Shown here: positions 1 to 13,544 of the stretch, piece by piece | How positions within the stretch are numbered: the first letter of the stretch is position 1 | How the letters are laid out: each line of letters begins with the position of its first letter | Source: Chiloscyllium plagiosum | Taxonomy: Eukaryota | DNA length: 64,000 nt | Reading direction: 5' to 3' | NCBI RefSeq assembly: GCF_004010195.1 | Contig: NC_057734.1 | Location: forward strand, 44,229,606 to 44,293,605 | The notes under the pieces: generated by a model | What the model was told of the DNA's origin: nothing | Database searches by the model: none | Seen by the model: only the letters and a program-made list of their open reading frames with translations | Translations under genes and position numbers: made by a program

Positions 1-194
1 TTGCTCGCAAGACAAGACAAAGTTTTGTTCACTGTGTCTCAGTACACGTGACAATAAATTAAAATTAATTCAATTCAGTTAATCTATATTGATTTGTTAA
101 CAGCATATTGTGTTTAACTGAAATGTTGGATTATTCTTTTGAAGAGGCAACAAAAAGGTGTTTTTAATTTTAAAAAATGCATTTACATGATAAA

Positions 195-470
195 GGTTTC
201 ACTGGCTCGGCCAGCGTCTATTGTCCACTGTTAATTGCCCAGAGGGCAGTTAAGTGGAAATCATATTGCTATGGATGCATACGTAAGTCAGGCCATGTAA
301 TTAATGAACCAAGTGGGCTTTTTCTGAGAATCAACAATGGATTCATAGTCAACATTAAACCCTTTATTCTAGATTTTTATTGAATTCTAACTCAACCAGT
401 TGCCATGGCAAATTTGAACTCAGATCCCCAGAACATTTCCTGAGTAATACCACTCAGCCATCACCTTCCC
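195..470 (-). mobile_element. Degenerate SINE, probably SacSINE/Deu-type
   Basis: Similar to copies at ~18580-18910 (-), ~51540-51890 (+), ~62170-62430 (+); family assignment from memory. Confidence 0.5.
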
Positions 471-800
471 TAAAGGCGATGTAGATAGTGCTGTTAATGT
501 GGTGTACATGAACTTCCAAAAAAAAAAACCTTTGATACAATGGCACACAACAGACTCTTCAGCAAGGTTAGAGTTCATCGAAAAATCAAGACAGCAGCAT
601 CATGTATACAAAATTGGCTGAGTGATAGGTTAACACATGGATTTGGGATTGGACTAAGGTTTGTAGTGAAGTTCACCAGATGTCAATATTTGGACCCTGT
701 CCCTTCCTGACGATATTAATGACCTTGGTATTAATATGCAGGGTGTATTTCAATGTTTGAGAATAATACAAAATATGGAAGATTTGTGAATTGTTAGAAA
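470..800 (+). mobile_element. Old CR1 LINE RT fragment
   Basis: Decayed VVYMNFQK..FD and INDL-type RT segments. Confidence 0.6.
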
Positions 801-1039
801 TACACAATTCTACATTTGCAGACATATAACATCATGACAATGTTGGCAGCAGGGATCACAGCACAGTCCTTATGGAGATGAAGTCCCATTATGATGAATA
901 CACATCATGTTGTGAGGTATTACCATGATATCAATCTAGAGTTATTTAGAATAGTGCTATCAATTCAACACTGGATAATAAAGCAGTGTTATGAAGAAAT
1001 TCCACTAGCTGAATTATATTCCACGAGAATATGTGACCT

Positions 1040-2520
1040 CATGGCCCTGCAAATATATATATTTACTAATATCATCAAACCAGGGTACCAGCACTGTTCA
1101 AATTAGGTGAATAACGTAGGGACATGATGAAGCATCTAAAAATAATGCATTGTGATTCTTCAAGACGACATTATGTTGCATGTCAAACAATGCATAGATC
1201 ATGTTAAATGCAGGGATAAGCAATCTTACAGCCAGTAGATCAAATCACAGCTCTGAAGCTTGTTATATCAAGTCATAAACAGCTTGTTGAGGGCAAGAGT
1301 GGGCTTTCAAATATTTCAACATGCATGATGCTGGTTGGAATGGTAAGGGGAGTATGTTTTTGCAATCACTTTCAACCAGAGGTTTCAAGTGATTGATTCA
1401 ACTCAGATTTTCCTGCTGAACTCCTTGGAATTATAAACAGTTGGCTTCAGACAATTTGAATCACTACAGATAATATCAAGAAATGCTGAGTATACTGGAT
1501 ACAATCCCAAGAAAATTCTGGTTGCAGTTCCAAGGAATGAAGTCCAAGAATTAGTGTTTCCTATTTAAAATGTCCCACTGTAGCTGCAGCACTGACCTCT
1601 GTTAGACAAAACACAATATTATCGAGGTATGCAGGGCAATTCCAATTCAGCCCATTTCATCCTATCATTGATGGAAACGTCACCTAGAGTGCTATCAGTT
1701 GTTGCTCATTATTATAGAATCCCTACAATGTGAAAACAGGCCCTTCGGCCCATCAACTCCACACCAACCCTCTGAAGAGTATTCCACTCAAACCCATTTC
1801 TCTACAATTACCGCTGACCAATGCACCTAACCTACACATCCCTGAACACTATGGGTAATTTAGCACGGCCAATTCACCTAAGCTTCCCATCTTTGAACTG
1901 TGGGAGGAAACTGGAGCACCCAGAGGAAAGCGGAGACACAGGGAGAATATGCAAACTTCACGCAGAGAGCCGCCCTAGACTGGAATCGAACCTGGATCCC
2001 TGGTGCTGTGAGTCGGCAGTGCTGACCACTGAGCCACCATGCAGCCAAATTATTCACGCCTAATTTGCTCACTTATGCTCAGTTTATGTTCCAGCAGACT
2101 TGCTCGTCTCCAGATCTCATTACAGCCATCATCCAAACATGGACAACATCTTTTTCAAATCACCTCAGTACAAGTACAACACTGGCATTGACTTGACTAT
2201 GTGGAGTATTGTGCAGGTATGTCCGTTCACAAGAAGGAAGGACAATTCCAATTTAGTCAATTACAATCTGTCTGCCTTGAATCAGCAAAGTGATGGAAGG
2301 TGTCTTCAATAATGCTATCAAGTGACACACACACAGCTATAGCCTACTCACTGATCGTCAGTTTAGATTCTGCAAAGTACACTCAGCTCCTGACCTCATT
2401 GAAGTCAAAATCAAATCATGGATAAAAGATCTGAAGTCAAAAAGTTTATGAAATTTGCTACCCTTGGGATGTTAGAGCTGAGAATGCTAAGGCAAAGAGC
2501 CCTTATCCTCAATATCAAAG
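1040..2520 (+). mobile_element. Very decayed non-LTR retrotransposon fragment (family of 16430-18560), interrupted by a SINE
   Basis: Colinear similarity to 53050-53900 and to the reverse complement of 17000-17700. Confidence 0.45.
1714..2043 (-). mobile_element. HE1-type shark SINE
   Basis: tRNA-like head (ggtggctcagtggtcagcactg on the - strand), central ggaggaaactggagcacccagagg, CR1-derived tail. Confidence 0.9.
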
Positions 2521-3410
2521 TGTGCCCACTATGTAGAAGTCAGAACGTAGGGAGTGTTTTGAACTGTACATTGGAAAATGAAATGGAGACCGCGTGACCA
2601 TTCTGCCAAACATCTACGTTCTGTCCATAAAAATGATCCTGAATTTCGATTTATTGTGACTGCTTGCTGACACCAGGTGATGAATTCTGCAGGCAATAAT
2701 AACTGCTTCTAATGAGCTGTTCGCACTTGTAATTGCTTTGTCATATTTCCACAAGAGAATATTGTATCTGAAACCAGCTGCAAATTGAAAATTGAATCAA
2801 CTAGCTAAGTACACGTGCATAAACCAAAAAAGACAACATATAGAGAACATTGTTAAAAAACATTTTCCGGGTATGTTTTGTCTTCCAACTTACAGTGGAT
2901 GGAGTTACAGTTTTCCCTAACAGGGTATGACATGCAGTGTGGGATGCATTCAGTTGTATTGTGCCCAGTGTAATTGGAGTTCTCATACATTCTTGGTTAA
3001 ATAATCCAACATCATTTGCAACTCTTGGAATGCTGTGAATTCAGATTCGTTTTAAGCAATCTCTGATCGCAGTCTATTGCTTGCTCTGTGTGCTAACTTA
3101 AATAATCCACAAAAAAGGATCCCTTGATGCATGTCTATTAATTAATGATGTGACGATATCATGGCTTTAAGAGAGAGGTAAGTTATTCTATCTTTTGTTG
3201 TATTTTAAGTACAGCATATGAATAAAGTGTATTTTGCTTCACGACTGGTGGTTTGACCCATCCAGTCGTATTCAGAATACAAAACCTGACATCTGCCTTT
3301 AAAATAAGAAGAAGGTGGAATCTAGGCTTTCTTTGTAATACGTTTTGAGGGACTTTGGTCCAGTCCATTATACTGATAACTGCCTGAAGACTAGATGTAA
3401 GAATTACTCA

Positions 3411-4665
3411 CATAGAATCAGAGTCATGCAGCACAAAAGCAGACCCTTCAGTCTAACTCGTCCATGCCAATCAACTTTCCCAAACTAAAGTAGTTCCGCA
3501 TGCCTGCTTTTGTCCGATATGCCTCTAAACATTTCCTATTCATGTACCTATTCAAATGTCTATTAAATGTTATAACTGTACCGACATCTATCATTTTCTC
3601 TGGCACTTCATTTCACACATGGGTCACACTCTTTGTGAAAACATTGCCCCTCAGGTCCCTTTTAAATCTTTTGCCCCTCATCTTAAAATATGTACCATAG
3701 TCTTGAACTCACCCATCCCCTGAGGAAAAAGAATCCTTTGCTATTCGCCTTATAAATGCTGTAATGATTTTATGAATCTCTATAAAGTCACCACTCTTCC
3801 TCTTACGCTGCTGTGAGCAAAGATCCAGTTTGTCCTTAAAACACAAACCCTCCAGTCCTGACAATATCCTGGGACATCTTCTTTGAACTCTCTCCACTTT
3901 AGTAATACCTTTCCTATAGCAGGCTGGTCAGAACTACAACTGTAACTTCACCAACACCCTAGACAACCTCAGCATGATGTTCCAAATCCTTTAATCAATG
4001 GTCTGAGCAACGAAGGCAAGCATGCCTTTGTAACCATCTTGTCTACCTGTGATGTAACCTGTTTGCTTGACCAAAATGCAATATGTCACATTTATTCAAA
4101 TTAAGCTCTATTTACCACCCATTGGCCCAATTGATCAAGGTTTCTTTGTAATCTTACATAACCTTTTCCAGTGTCCACTATAATCACCAATTTTGGTGTC
4201 ATGTATAAACGTACTAACTGCGCCTCCTAAATTCTCATCCAAATCATTTATATGAATTACAAACAAAAGTGGACCCAGCACCGATCCCTATGGAACACCA
4301 CTGGATAAAGGCCTGCAGTCCAGAAAACAAGCCTCCATCAGCACCCTCTGTCTCCTACTATTAAGTCAATTTTGTATCCAATTGGCAAGCTCTCCCTGAA
4401 ATCCATGTGATCTAACTCTTCTAATTAGTCCACCATGTGGAACTTTGTCAATGCTTTTACTAAAATTCATGTAGACAATGCCCACCTGCGTGCCTTCATC
4501 AGTCTTTTTTTTTGGTTATGTCCTCAAAAAACTCATTGAAATTTGTGAGACATAATTTCCCATGCATGAAGCCATGCTGATTATCGCTAATCAGTCCTTT
4601 CCTCTCCAAAAGCATGAAAATCCTATCTCTCAGATTCTTCTCAAACAACTTACCATCACTGATAT
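3411..4665 (-). mobile_element. CR1/HER1 LINE 3' part
   Basis: Minus-strand peptides QHGFMHGKLCLTN and ERVQRR..RIL.GLEGL; CR1 3' tail. Confidence 0.9.
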
Positions 4666-4699
4666 TAAATTTACGTTTGTATCTCCTCAGTTGGATGGC

Positions 4700-6583
4700 A
4701 ACCTTGAAACTAGTGATGGAAAAGGATAGACCAGATCTAAAAGTTGAAGTTCTAAATTGGAGAAAGGCCAATTTTGACGGTATTAGACAAGAACTTTCAA
4801 AAGCAGATTGGAGGCAGATGTTTGCAGGTAAAGGGATGGCTGGAAAATGGGAAGCCTTCAGAAATGAGATAACAAGAATCCAGAGAAAGTATATTCCTGT
4901 CAGGGTGAAAAGGAAGGCTGGTAACTATAGGGAATGCTGGATGACTAAAGAAATTGAGGGTTTNNNNNNNNNNNNNNNNNNNNNNNNNNNNNNNNNNNNN
5001 NNNNNNNNNNNNNNNNNNNNNNNNNNNNCATCAGTAGTTACTGTGGAAAAGAATATGAAAGATATAGACTGTAGGGAAATAGATGGTGACATCTTGCAAA
5101 ATGTCCAGATTACAGAGGGGGAAGTGCTGGATGTCTTGAAATGGTTAAAGGTGGATAAATCCCCAGCACCTGATCAGGTGTACGGAGAACTCTGTGGGAA
5201 GCTAGAGAAGTGATTGCTGGGCCTCTTGCTGAGATACTTGTATCATCAATAGTCACAGGTGAGGCGCAGGAAGACTGGAGGTTGGCAAACGTGGTGCCAC
5301 TGCTTAAGAAGGGCGGTAAGGACAAGCCAGGGAACTATAGACCAGTGAGCCTGACCTCGGTGGTGGGCAAGTTGTTGGAGGGAATCAGTAACAAAGAAGA
5401 TCGATGAGAGCAGAGCAGTAGATGTGATCTATATGGACTTCAGTAAGGCGTTCAACAAGGTTCCCCATGGGAGACTCATTAGCAAGGTTAGGTCTCATGG
5501 AATACAGGAAGAACTAGCCATTTGGATACAGAACTGGCTCAAAGGTAGAAGACAGAGGGTGGTGGAGGAAGGTTGTATTTCAGACTGGAGGCCTGTGACC
5601 AGTGGAGTGCCACTAGGATCGGTCCTCTACTTTATGTCATTTACATAAATGATTTGGATGCGAGCATAAGAGGTACAGCTAGTAAGTTTGCAGATGATAC
5701 GAAAATTGGAGGTGTAGTGGACAGCAAAGAGGATTACCTCAGATTACAACAGGATCTTGACCAGATAGGCCAATGGGCTGAGAAGTGGCGGATGGAGTTT
5801 AATTCAGATAAATGAGAGGTGCTGCACTTTGGGAAAGCAATACTTAGCAGGATTTATACACTCAATGGTAAGGTCCTAGGGAGTGTTGCTGAACAAAGTG
5901 TCCTTGGAGTGCAGGTTCATAGCTCCTTGAAAGTGGAGTCGCAGGTAGGTAGGATAGTGAAGAAGGCGTTTGGTATGCTTTCCTTTATTGGGAGGTCATG
6001 TTGCGGCTGTGCAGGACATTGGTTAGGCCACTGTTGGAATATTGCGTGCAATTCTGTTCTCCTTCCTATCGGAAAGATGTTGTGAAACTTGAAAGGATTC
6101 AGAAACGATTTACAAGGATGTTGCCAGGGTTGGAGGATCTGAGGTACAGGGAGAGGCTGAACAGGCTGGAGCTGATTTCCCTGGACCATCGGAGGCGAAG
6201 GGGTGACCTTATAGAGGTTTAAAAAATTATGAGGGGCATGGATAGGATAAATAGACAAAGTATTTTCCCTGGGGTTGGGGAGTCCAGAACTAGAGGGCAT
6301 AGGTTTAGGGTGAGAGGGGAAAGATATAAAAAAGACCTAAGGGGCAACTTTTTCACGCAGAGGGTGGTACGTTATGGAATGAACTGCCAGAGGATGTGGT
6401 GGAGGCTGGTACATTTGCAACATTTAACAGGCATTTGGATGGGTCTATGAATAGGAAGGGTTTGGAGGGATATGGGCCGGGTGCTGGCAGGTGGGACTAG
6501 ATTGGGTTGGGTTTTCTGGTCGGCATGGACGGGTTGTACCGAAGAGTCTGTTTCCATGCTGTACATCTCTATGACTCTATGAC
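4700..6583 (+). mobile_element. CR1/HER1 LINE ORF2 fragment, broken
   Basis: PGNYRPVSLTS, YMDFSKAFNKVPH, KFADDTK motifs; ctatgactctatga tail. Confidence 0.93.
4964..5028. other. Assembly gap (65 N) inside a CR1 copy
   Basis: Run of n. Confidence 1.
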
Positions 6584-6677
6584 ACGCCTGTTTTTGGAAA
6601 ATTCCCTGGTATCTAAACATCTGATGAGCAGTTTCAAAGCCAAGCCAGGTAGCCTAATTCAAATATACTCGTTCTAA

Positions 6678-6778
6678 GGATTCTTGTGGAGCAGTGGTAG
6701 TGTCCCTACTTCTGAGTCAGGAGGCCTGGGTTCAAGTCCCACCTTCTCCAAGGATGTGTAATGTTCTGTCTGAGCGTA
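6678..6778 (+). mobile_element. Short tRNA-derived SINE (similar copies near 19200, 21190, 27660, 37885, 53630, 61860)
   Basis: A-box-like tggagcagtggt and B-box-like ggttcaagtccc with a shared non-tRNA 3' part. Confidence 0.6.
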
Positions 6779-8499
6779 CCAATGAGAATTCACCAAAGCC
6801 GGCGATTTCACCCTGTGTCATACATCAGTATACCACCAGATGGCAATGTTTCACCACATAGCTTGTTCCACAGCGAAATAAACGCCCTCTCAGCAGAAAT
6901 TTCTAATCGGAAAGTTCCGCAGTTAAATAAAGCACATTTCAATCGAAATATTAACAACTAGAGACTTTTATTTTCAAATTAACCATAGTTATTCACACAA
7001 GATCTTAGAAGCTTAATTCTTTTATAATGCTTGTTTCTTTTGCTTATTTGTCTTGTAAATTCTTATAGAGATAATCTACATCCTTCGGTTTCCTCAAAAA
7101 TCCTCCATTTTGTCCGCCACGCTGTTTTAGCTTTATGACCGTGCCCTAATCGGAGGAAGGAGGTCAGCAGCGAATGCAGCCTCGGCCCACCTGCGCCTCT
7201 GCCCTCCCTCGCCTGCATCCGTGTTTTCTCCATGACCAGCTACGCGCCCATATAGTTTCCAGTGTTCCTGTTCTCTCCGTGTTCCCATTCTTTCCAGATT
7301 TGCTCTGTCTATGTTTCGCTCTCTCCTGCTCCATCTCACTGATATTAGTAGTTGAATATTTGTCTTTAAAATATGACTAAAACAATCTTAGCACGCAGTA
7401 CTCTGAGCATTAGACAACGCCATAGCCCAGACAAAAGGTAATTTTCGAAAAGAGGAAGCAGAATGTATAGAAGGAGGAAAAATAAGGAGCGAGTATTTGT
7501 CTACGATGGCAAATACATTGGCTAACAGATGGTGAAGGAACATTTTGTAATAAGTTTGAAAATACAATATCAAATACCTGAACGTGGGAAATGGGAGGAA
7601 ATTGATGAAGGGAAGAGTTGGGTCTCTAACTGGATAGTTCTTTGACAGAACTGATATGTGGAAGAAGGGCAAATTCGGCTCCCTCTGTCCAACATCGTTG
7701 CATGATCAAATGTCCTTATGAGAAAATATCCTTTTCAACGATGGTCGTAGGTTCAGTAGCACGTCTCTGCAATGATAATGCAATACATTCCATAAGAATG
7801 GTTAATCTGGCACTTTTAGGGGACACAGTAATTCAGAAGTTAACTCTCAGCAATCATCTGACTCTTGCTGACGAACTCTCTCCAGAAAAGTAGACCGGCT
7901 AGCGTGTTATTTCAGCATTAGTCAGAAAGGGAGACATTTGGCATTCCATTAACACTTGGTCAACAGAATGGGAGCTCCCAAAAGTGTAGGCTTTCTAAGC
8001 TTCTGAGACAGCCAGGAGACCAAAAGGAACTGTCAGCATGTTTTACTTTACTCTCTGCAGCAATGATTCAATAAAGTTATCACAGCACCTATTTTAAATT
8101 TTGATCTGTATCACACAGGGTGCATTGCATCTTTTACTCAGAACTCCAAGAAGAACTGTGAGAGACACCACCGGGGCGAGAGCTGGATCTCAACAGGGAA
8201 TTGGAGGAAGGCAATCCAATGAAAGGACTGTTGCACTGAATCAGGCTATGAACAAGCACAACCTGCTATGCTAAAAATCAAGATTAAAGAGCCTGCACTC
8301 AATCCCAAAAAGTGTTCTCCTCAGTGCACAAACGAGATGCACAAATTTGCTGTCCGCAGAACATGCATCAGACATGCCCATTGTGGTTATCATAGACTGA
8401 ATATTTCACTCTTCTTCTCCATGCCTTTCGGTTTGACGATGGAAATGTTACTTCTTTCAATTGTTTGTTAACATCTATATTCGTGTAAATTGAGCATTG

Positions 8500-9480
8500 T
8501 GGGGTCATAAGATAATATGAATTAGAAACAGTCAATTCAAACTCCATCAATCCTATTCTGGACTCTGTAGAAGAATCCAAATGGTCACATTCCCCTATCC
8601 TAGCTCCCTTGCCCTGCAAGTCTCTGATTCTCTGGCGCATCGCTAAATTCTTTTGAAGGTATTGATTGTCTCCATTCCCAGCCCTGCAGTGGCATGATCA
8701 CTTGCAGATTTAAAAAACTCTTTAATCACATCTTCACTCTAGATCTTGCCGCAATATCTTAAGTTGTGTTTTCTCCTTTTACAACCATCAATTAATGTCA
8801 GCAGTCTTCATTTGTCTACTTTATCTAAACTTGCCAGTATTCTGTACATTTTCCTGGGCAAATCCATCTCTTCTCAGTTTTTGAACTTGATACTTCTATT
8901 TATGAAACCCAATCTTCCATCTGTTTGTCTGGGGATGGACACCAAATGCCGGTATTGTCATCGATACCTACATCACAAAGCACAATAAGGAAAAAGCTTT
9001 AACGCCCTTCTATATTTAAAAAAATCAATTCATCTAACCCGCCCAACCTGGTTCCTTTGTCCCTGCACAATCTTTAGAACTGTGCCATTAGTACATGTTG
9101 CTTCTCCCTAACCACCCTGCCAAAACACTCAAACTCACACTACCCTGTTTTGAATTCTATCTTCCATTTGTCCATTCATTTCCCAAGCTTGTGTGTGTCC
9201 TGATTGGTCTCAACCTCACTGTTTGCCACTACTCCGATTTTCTTACCATCGACAACTTTGAACTCTCACCCTGTATTCTAATACACACATGAATTCCATG
9301 TATCAATTGGTCCTAGCACTGATACCTCGGGATCAATATTCTTTTCTATCCTCCAGTATGAAACGCTATAGCTTTCTGTTTTCAAAGCATTTTTAATATT
9401 TAAGCCGGCAGTAACCCACCTATTCCATGAGCCTCAATGCTGTTACCCGCCTTTTTATGCTAATTTATTAAATACCCTCT
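8500..9480 (-). mobile_element. Old decayed CR1-like LINE fragment
   Basis: Reverse-complement similarity to CR1 RT and 3' region. Confidence 0.45.
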
Positions 9481-10988
9481 CTATAATTGAATAAACAACT
9501 ATAAGAAACAATGTTGCAACGGTTTGTCCAATTTTATAAATGCCAAACATTACAAACACCACTACTAGTTGGCTGCAAAACTCTTTTGTTTGGAGAGTGG
9601 TATAAAATGAAGGCAAAACCCGGTCGAAGATTCGAGGAGATTTCAGTTTTCCGCTGTCATCATCTTTAAGTAAGCTCCGGCTGTTGCACGGAGATTATAA
9701 AGCTGTGCAGTTGGTGGCTTGAGAAACTCGTCAGACTATTCGGACAGAAACTGTCCAAATTAAAGGTCAAGTTGACTTCATTGGTTCCCAGGCGAAATTC
9801 GCAGACGGTAATAATTTATTAAACCGCCAGGGGGCAGATCAGGGACTTCTAAAGCACTTCGGCAGAGTTGGCAGTGCACAGCAATATCACAAACAATTTA
9901 CGGCAGGGTTACTTCCTAACTCTAGAATAGCAAAGAATGATAACCTTTCTATATTTTAATCATTAATTAATAACAAATTATCAAATCTATCAAGTGTTTG
10001 ACAATGTCATGAGACATGAACCTCTGACAGTGCGGTCTCAACCCATCCTAAATCCACCGGCTGATATTTCGTGGTTACTATCATAGGAACATTTGTTTGT
10101 AAAAATAGAGAATTCGGAACGAACTCACATTAGTGTAACGCCAACCACGACCTCAGGTAATCTGAGCACGCGTCACAGGTGAACGCGTGCATTCTTTTTT
10201 AAGGGAAGTCATCATGGCGACGGAGGAAACATGGAAGCTTTTGTTTCTCCCTTAGCAAGCTCCACAACACGATGACCAGGTAAGCTGACTAAAGCGATGT
10301 TGAGTGAGGGAATGTCAGGTAGTTTGCATTACAGGCATTTGAGGCCTCCATCGTGGTATTATTTCACAATAGAGATGCAGTTAGTTTCAGGCAATTGTTT
10401 TCTGTTTAGTTACCAGATGGGACACTGTGATCCCCACCACGTTCCCAAGCAGTGCATTGTGAATACGCTAGAACAGTCTTCTGACGGTTCACACAATGAA
10501 TTGCAGTTAAGTGAGGAGGACTGGGAATGCTGAGGAAAATCTCGTGGAGGCGAGCAAAACAGCAAAATGGGTCAGACAGAAATGCAACTATTAGGCCAAT
10601 TTATAACACTGTCGTGAATCAAATAATTTTGACTTAAATATTGCAGGGTTTTCTATCAGTATTAGTTTATATCAAATTCCAATTTATTGTTTGCTACCTT
10701 TCTTTAAACAGTTGAAATTTTACCGCAGTTGCTTCAATTTCCTCTTCAGAATATGCATGTGTGCCTCACTTTGTAGAAAGTGGGAATACCCTCTCAGGTT
10801 ATAACTTTTTAGCACCGTCAGCCACAATAGTTGCACTGTGGATCCCAATGTGGCTTCGTTCAACTAAATTTCTCAAAGCTTTCTAGAGCGGAGTACAATT
10901 TTCAAATATTTGAAAATGTGAAACATCGATTCCGATATACATGCTACTTAATAATCGGAACCCCTTCTATTGATTTCTCTTTTTTCAG

Positions 10989-11129
10989 ATCCGCGCGTCT
11001 CTTCGGTTTCCTTCCTTCCGTCTTCATCGGTTCAAATGACGGAAAAGAACATGGCGACCCTGGTGTATTTGGTGAGCAGTTTTAACCCGGGCGCAGTGGA
11101 GATTGACTGTACGGTAGATGGCAGTGTCA
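10989..11129 (+). pseudogene. Truncated IgL constant exon (5' part only)
   Basis: Acceptor ttttcAG|at; DPRVSSVSFLPSSSVQMTEKNMATLVYLVSSFNPGAVEIDCTVDGSV then breaks; Cys->Tyr and Trp->Cys; upstream ~9500-10988 is paralogous to the intron ~24850-26625; no leader or V found. Confidence 0.92.
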
Positions 11130-11859
11130 CCCCACCCCCTCTCTTGCACCCTCCCCCCCATTGAATGAGAGTAGAATTTGACTGCATAATTCATGCCAGT
11201 TCAACATCATGGCATAAATTTCCTCCATTCATTTACCCCTCTATAGCTTCACAGTTGTGCCCCAGTCAGGTTGGCTTAATATGTTCGTTGCAGCTTTAGC
11301 ACTGTAAATTTCATACCCACCTTCATTGCCTGTGGTATTAGAGTTAACAGAAGTCTTCAGTCGAGACTTGTCGAAGCAAATTTCATTTAACTGCATTTAC
11401 CCTCTACTCTTACTAGAGGAAATGAAAGATTATCAGGGCTCGCTGACACCTGGGTGAGGATTCCAGGATTATAGTAACCACCTCTAATAAGGTGTTCCCT
11501 CTTGTAATTGCTTCATCATACTTCCACAGGAGAATTCTATATGAGGAACTAGCCACAAGATGGAAACTGAATTAACCAGTTAAATGCATGTACACAAACG
11601 AAATGAAGACCATACATACAGAAGATTGCAAAAAAAACCAAACTTGCATATTTGTTTTGTCCTAGTTACAGCGGGCATAGTTATGGGCGTCTCAACAGGG
11701 TGTGACATGCGCCGGCGGACGTGTCTAATTCCATTGCACTCAGTGTAATTTGTGTTCTCATGTTTTCGTTGTTAAATTTTGCTCTTTCTGGTTGTCTCTT
11801 TGCACAAAGGCTAAAACAGTCTAGGAGCGCCTGAAATATTTGGAATACCATGAATTCAA

Positions 11860-12084
11860 AAACAAAAACAGAAATTGCTGGAAAAACTCAGCAGGTCGGC
11901 CAGCATCTGTGGAGAGAAATCAGAGTTAACGTTTCGGGTCTAGTGACCCTTCCTCAGAACTTTTACGGACCAGAATCGTTAACTCTGGTTTCTCTCCACA
12001 GATACTGCCCGACCTGCTGAGTTTTTCTCAGCAACTATTGTTTTTGTTTCTGATTCCCAGCATCCGCAGTTCTTTCGGATTTTT
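11860..12084. mobile_element. Fold-back Penelope-terminus-derived element with ~16-bp target duplication
   Basis: Inverted arms 11860-11940 / 11968-12049; flanks aataccatgaattcaa (11844-11859) and aatgtcgtgaattcaa (12085-12100); empty site in the paralog near 3030-3050. Confidence 0.8.
11924..11961 (-). ncRNA. Minimal hammerhead ribozyme motif
   Basis: Minus strand agtt-CTGAGGA-agggtc-acta-gaccc-GAAA-cGTT-aact: intact core, stem II, palindromic stem III, 4-bp stem I. Confidence 0.65.
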
Positions 12085-12889
12085 AATGTCGTGAATTCAA
12101 GTTCGTTTTAAGTAACTTCTAAACACAGTCTCTAAGTTGCTCTGGGTGCTAATTTAAATGACCCACACGGAAAAAAATCTTTGAAATTCCTGGAAATACT
12201 CAGCTCAGGCAGTGGTCATGGTGATCGAAACTAAATTAATATTTCAGGTCGACGCCCTTTTATCATTATTTAGGAATGATCAACAGTTTGATAGTTTCCA
12301 CTGTTCCCAGACGCTTCATTCGTCTTCGGTGATGAACGACGTGGGAAGATTACAGGGGAGACAACAGGACAAACGATTTTGTAAAGTCTTACTACGAAAG
12401 TTCTGGTGTTAGTCTCACCGAAGATCCAGCTTTAAAGCTACGCAACACAGTTTGAGTTTCTGTGTGCTGTAACTTTCGAATCCCGCTTTTCTATGGCTAC
12501 AAAAGATTGGCATTCATTGCATTAATTCTCGCTCAGTCACAAATTTTTTAAACGTACTCTGTCAGCTCGTCCGCACAAATCGACTTCCGTCTCAATGGTG
12601 CCACCAAGAAACTTTCCTGTATTCCATTTAGTTTTCATTTAGCAACGGGCGCTGTGCATTATAATGCATTATAATATCCGCACATGTTAAATATTGGAAC
12701 TCAATAGATTATTGAGAAAAAGATAATGGCACGCATGGGCTGAATTCCAGATGATGTCCACACAAATGGCCACATAAATTTTTTGCTAGGTGCAGTATAT
12801 AAAATACATGCAGCAGAAAAAAACAGATCATTTTGTTCCGCTAATTTCAATCAGCAGGTCACGCGTGCATAGAATAACGCGTGTAAAAT

Positions 12890-13530
12890 AACTTTGGCAG
12901 ATAAGGCTACGGAGAATCCAAAGAAATTCTACAAGTGTAATAAGAGGAAAGAAAAATAGATGAGAACAGAATGGACGTTAACACAGCCTTTGACAAGGTC
13001 CCACCTGCTAGATTGGTTAGTAAGGTTAGATCACATGAGAGCTAGCCAATTAGATACAGAATTGGCTTGAAGGTAGGAGACAGCGAGTGGTGGTTCAGGA
13101 TTGTTGCTCAGACTGGAGTCCTGTGACCAGTGCTATGCCACAAGAATCATTTCTGGGTCCACTGCTATTCATCATTATTTAAACGATTTGCATGTGAATA
13201 TGGAGGCATAGTTAATAAATTTGCAGATGTCATTAAAGTTATGGTAGAGTGGACAGTGCCGAAGATAATCTAAGAGTACAATGGGATCTTGACCAAATGA
13301 GCCAAGGAATGACTGATGGAGTTTAATTTTGATAAATGCAATATGTTGTGTTTTGGAAAGAGAAACCAATGCAAGACTTAAACAGTTAATGGCAGGGCCC
13401 CGGCAATGTTGTCAAGTAGAGAGACCCATGGATTCAGGTACATATTCCTTTGAAATGTATCCTGTGTAGACATGGTGGTGAAGAAGGCGTTTGACACTCT
13501 TGTCTTCATCGCACTCCTGACTTGAGCTTT
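12890..13530 (+). mobile_element. CR1 LINE fragment with internal deletion
   Basis: AFDKVP, WIQNWL-like and KFAD segments. Confidence 0.8.
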
Positions 13531-13544
13531 GAGGATGATAAAAA

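Noticed and set aside
3411-6583. Opposed CR1 pieces as one twin-primed 5' inversion
   Set aside because: Both pieces have their own 3' tail and overlap in element coordinates, so they are two insertions
6678-6778. tRNA-like sequences with A and B boxes (also the HE1 heads)
   Set aside because: No full cloverleaf; multiple diverged copies with a shared non-tRNA tail indicate SINEs
10402-10840. CACTGTG heptamers (10423, 10834) as possible RSS of a lost J
   Set aside because: No acceptable nonamer at 12 or 23 spacing, no J motif follows, and not conserved in the paralogous intron
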